Position numbers and translations under genes: made by a program
Assembly: GCF_964204645.1 (NCBI RefSeq)
Contig: NC_134028.1
Span: 23,928,345 to 23,992,344 of the forward strand
Direction: 5' to 3'
DNA from: Tubulanus polymorphus
Taxonomy: Eukaryota; Animalia; Nemertea
DNA length: 64,000 bases
Shown here: positions 63,554 through 64,000 of the stretch, in pieces
Layout: each line of letters opens with the position of its first letter
Numbering within the stretch: the stretch's first letter is position 1
Notes under the pieces: generated by a model
Seen by the model: only the letters and a program-made list of their open reading frames with translations
The model's database searches: none
Told to the model about the DNA's origin: nothing

Positions 63554-64000
63554 ATGTCGAGTTTGTCAAATATTAAGCATGTCATACTTGTTCTTTCTGG
63601 TAAAGGAGGAGTCGGAAAAAGCACAGTTTCAACGCAACTCGCCTTAGGTTTAAAAGATGCTGGTTTCAAGGTGAAGTAACGATTTTTCATTTATTATTTT
63701 GGCAGTCTCTCCACAAATTCATTGTTAAAGGTTAATATGATATCCTTGACATTATTTAATAGGTTGGACTTCTCGATGTAGATCTGTGTGGCCCAAGTAT
63801 ACCACGAATGCTGAATTTAGAAAACCACGATATTCATCAATGTCCTGAAGGGTAATACAGTGAACAACATGCGAAGAATGTAGGCTTTTAGGTCTATTGT
63901 TGGTAGATAGCTAGTAAATTAATCTATTTTCAGTTGGGTTCCAGTTTATGTCGACCAAGAACAGCGGTTATCAGTAATGTCGATAGGATTCATGGTATCA
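63554..64000 (+). CDS. NUBP2: Cytosolic Fe-S cluster assembly factor NUBP2 (Cfd1), 5' part; continues beyond the window
   Basis: Exons 63554-63670, 63763-63851, 63934->64000. [14 protein letters not shown] (deviant Walker A) and [17 protein letters not shown]; lacks the N-terminal Cys-rich Fe-S extension of NUBP1. Confidence 0.92.

Overview
AT-rich, intron-rich eukaryotic (animal, probably invertebrate; taxon cannot be fixed from sequence alone) genomic window. Conserved genes in order: SLC25A17/PMP34 (+), flightless-I (+), CFAP96/C4orf47 (-), a Tolloid/BMP1 metalloprotease (+), ZDHHC6 (-) and the 5' end of NUBP2 (+). Lineage-variable segments are interspersed: a recent tandem duplication of an intronless class A GPCR (1-5.5 kb), and an inverted pair of intronless GT31 beta-1,3-galactosyltransferases plus an antisense fragment (25.6-31.8 kb). 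At 33.9-38.5 kb, ORFs that look like separate genes can be joined in frame through canonical splice sites into one DOK7-like PH-PTB / Pro-rich / death-domain adaptor; the stop codon lies inside the splice donor, so an isoform without the death domain is possible. This is the most novel candidate. Introns contain many MITEs/foldbacks and one tRNA-derived SINE. No rRNA, bona fide tRNA or CRISPR array was seen. All exon models are by-eye predictions, and family assignments come from recalled motifs, not database searches.
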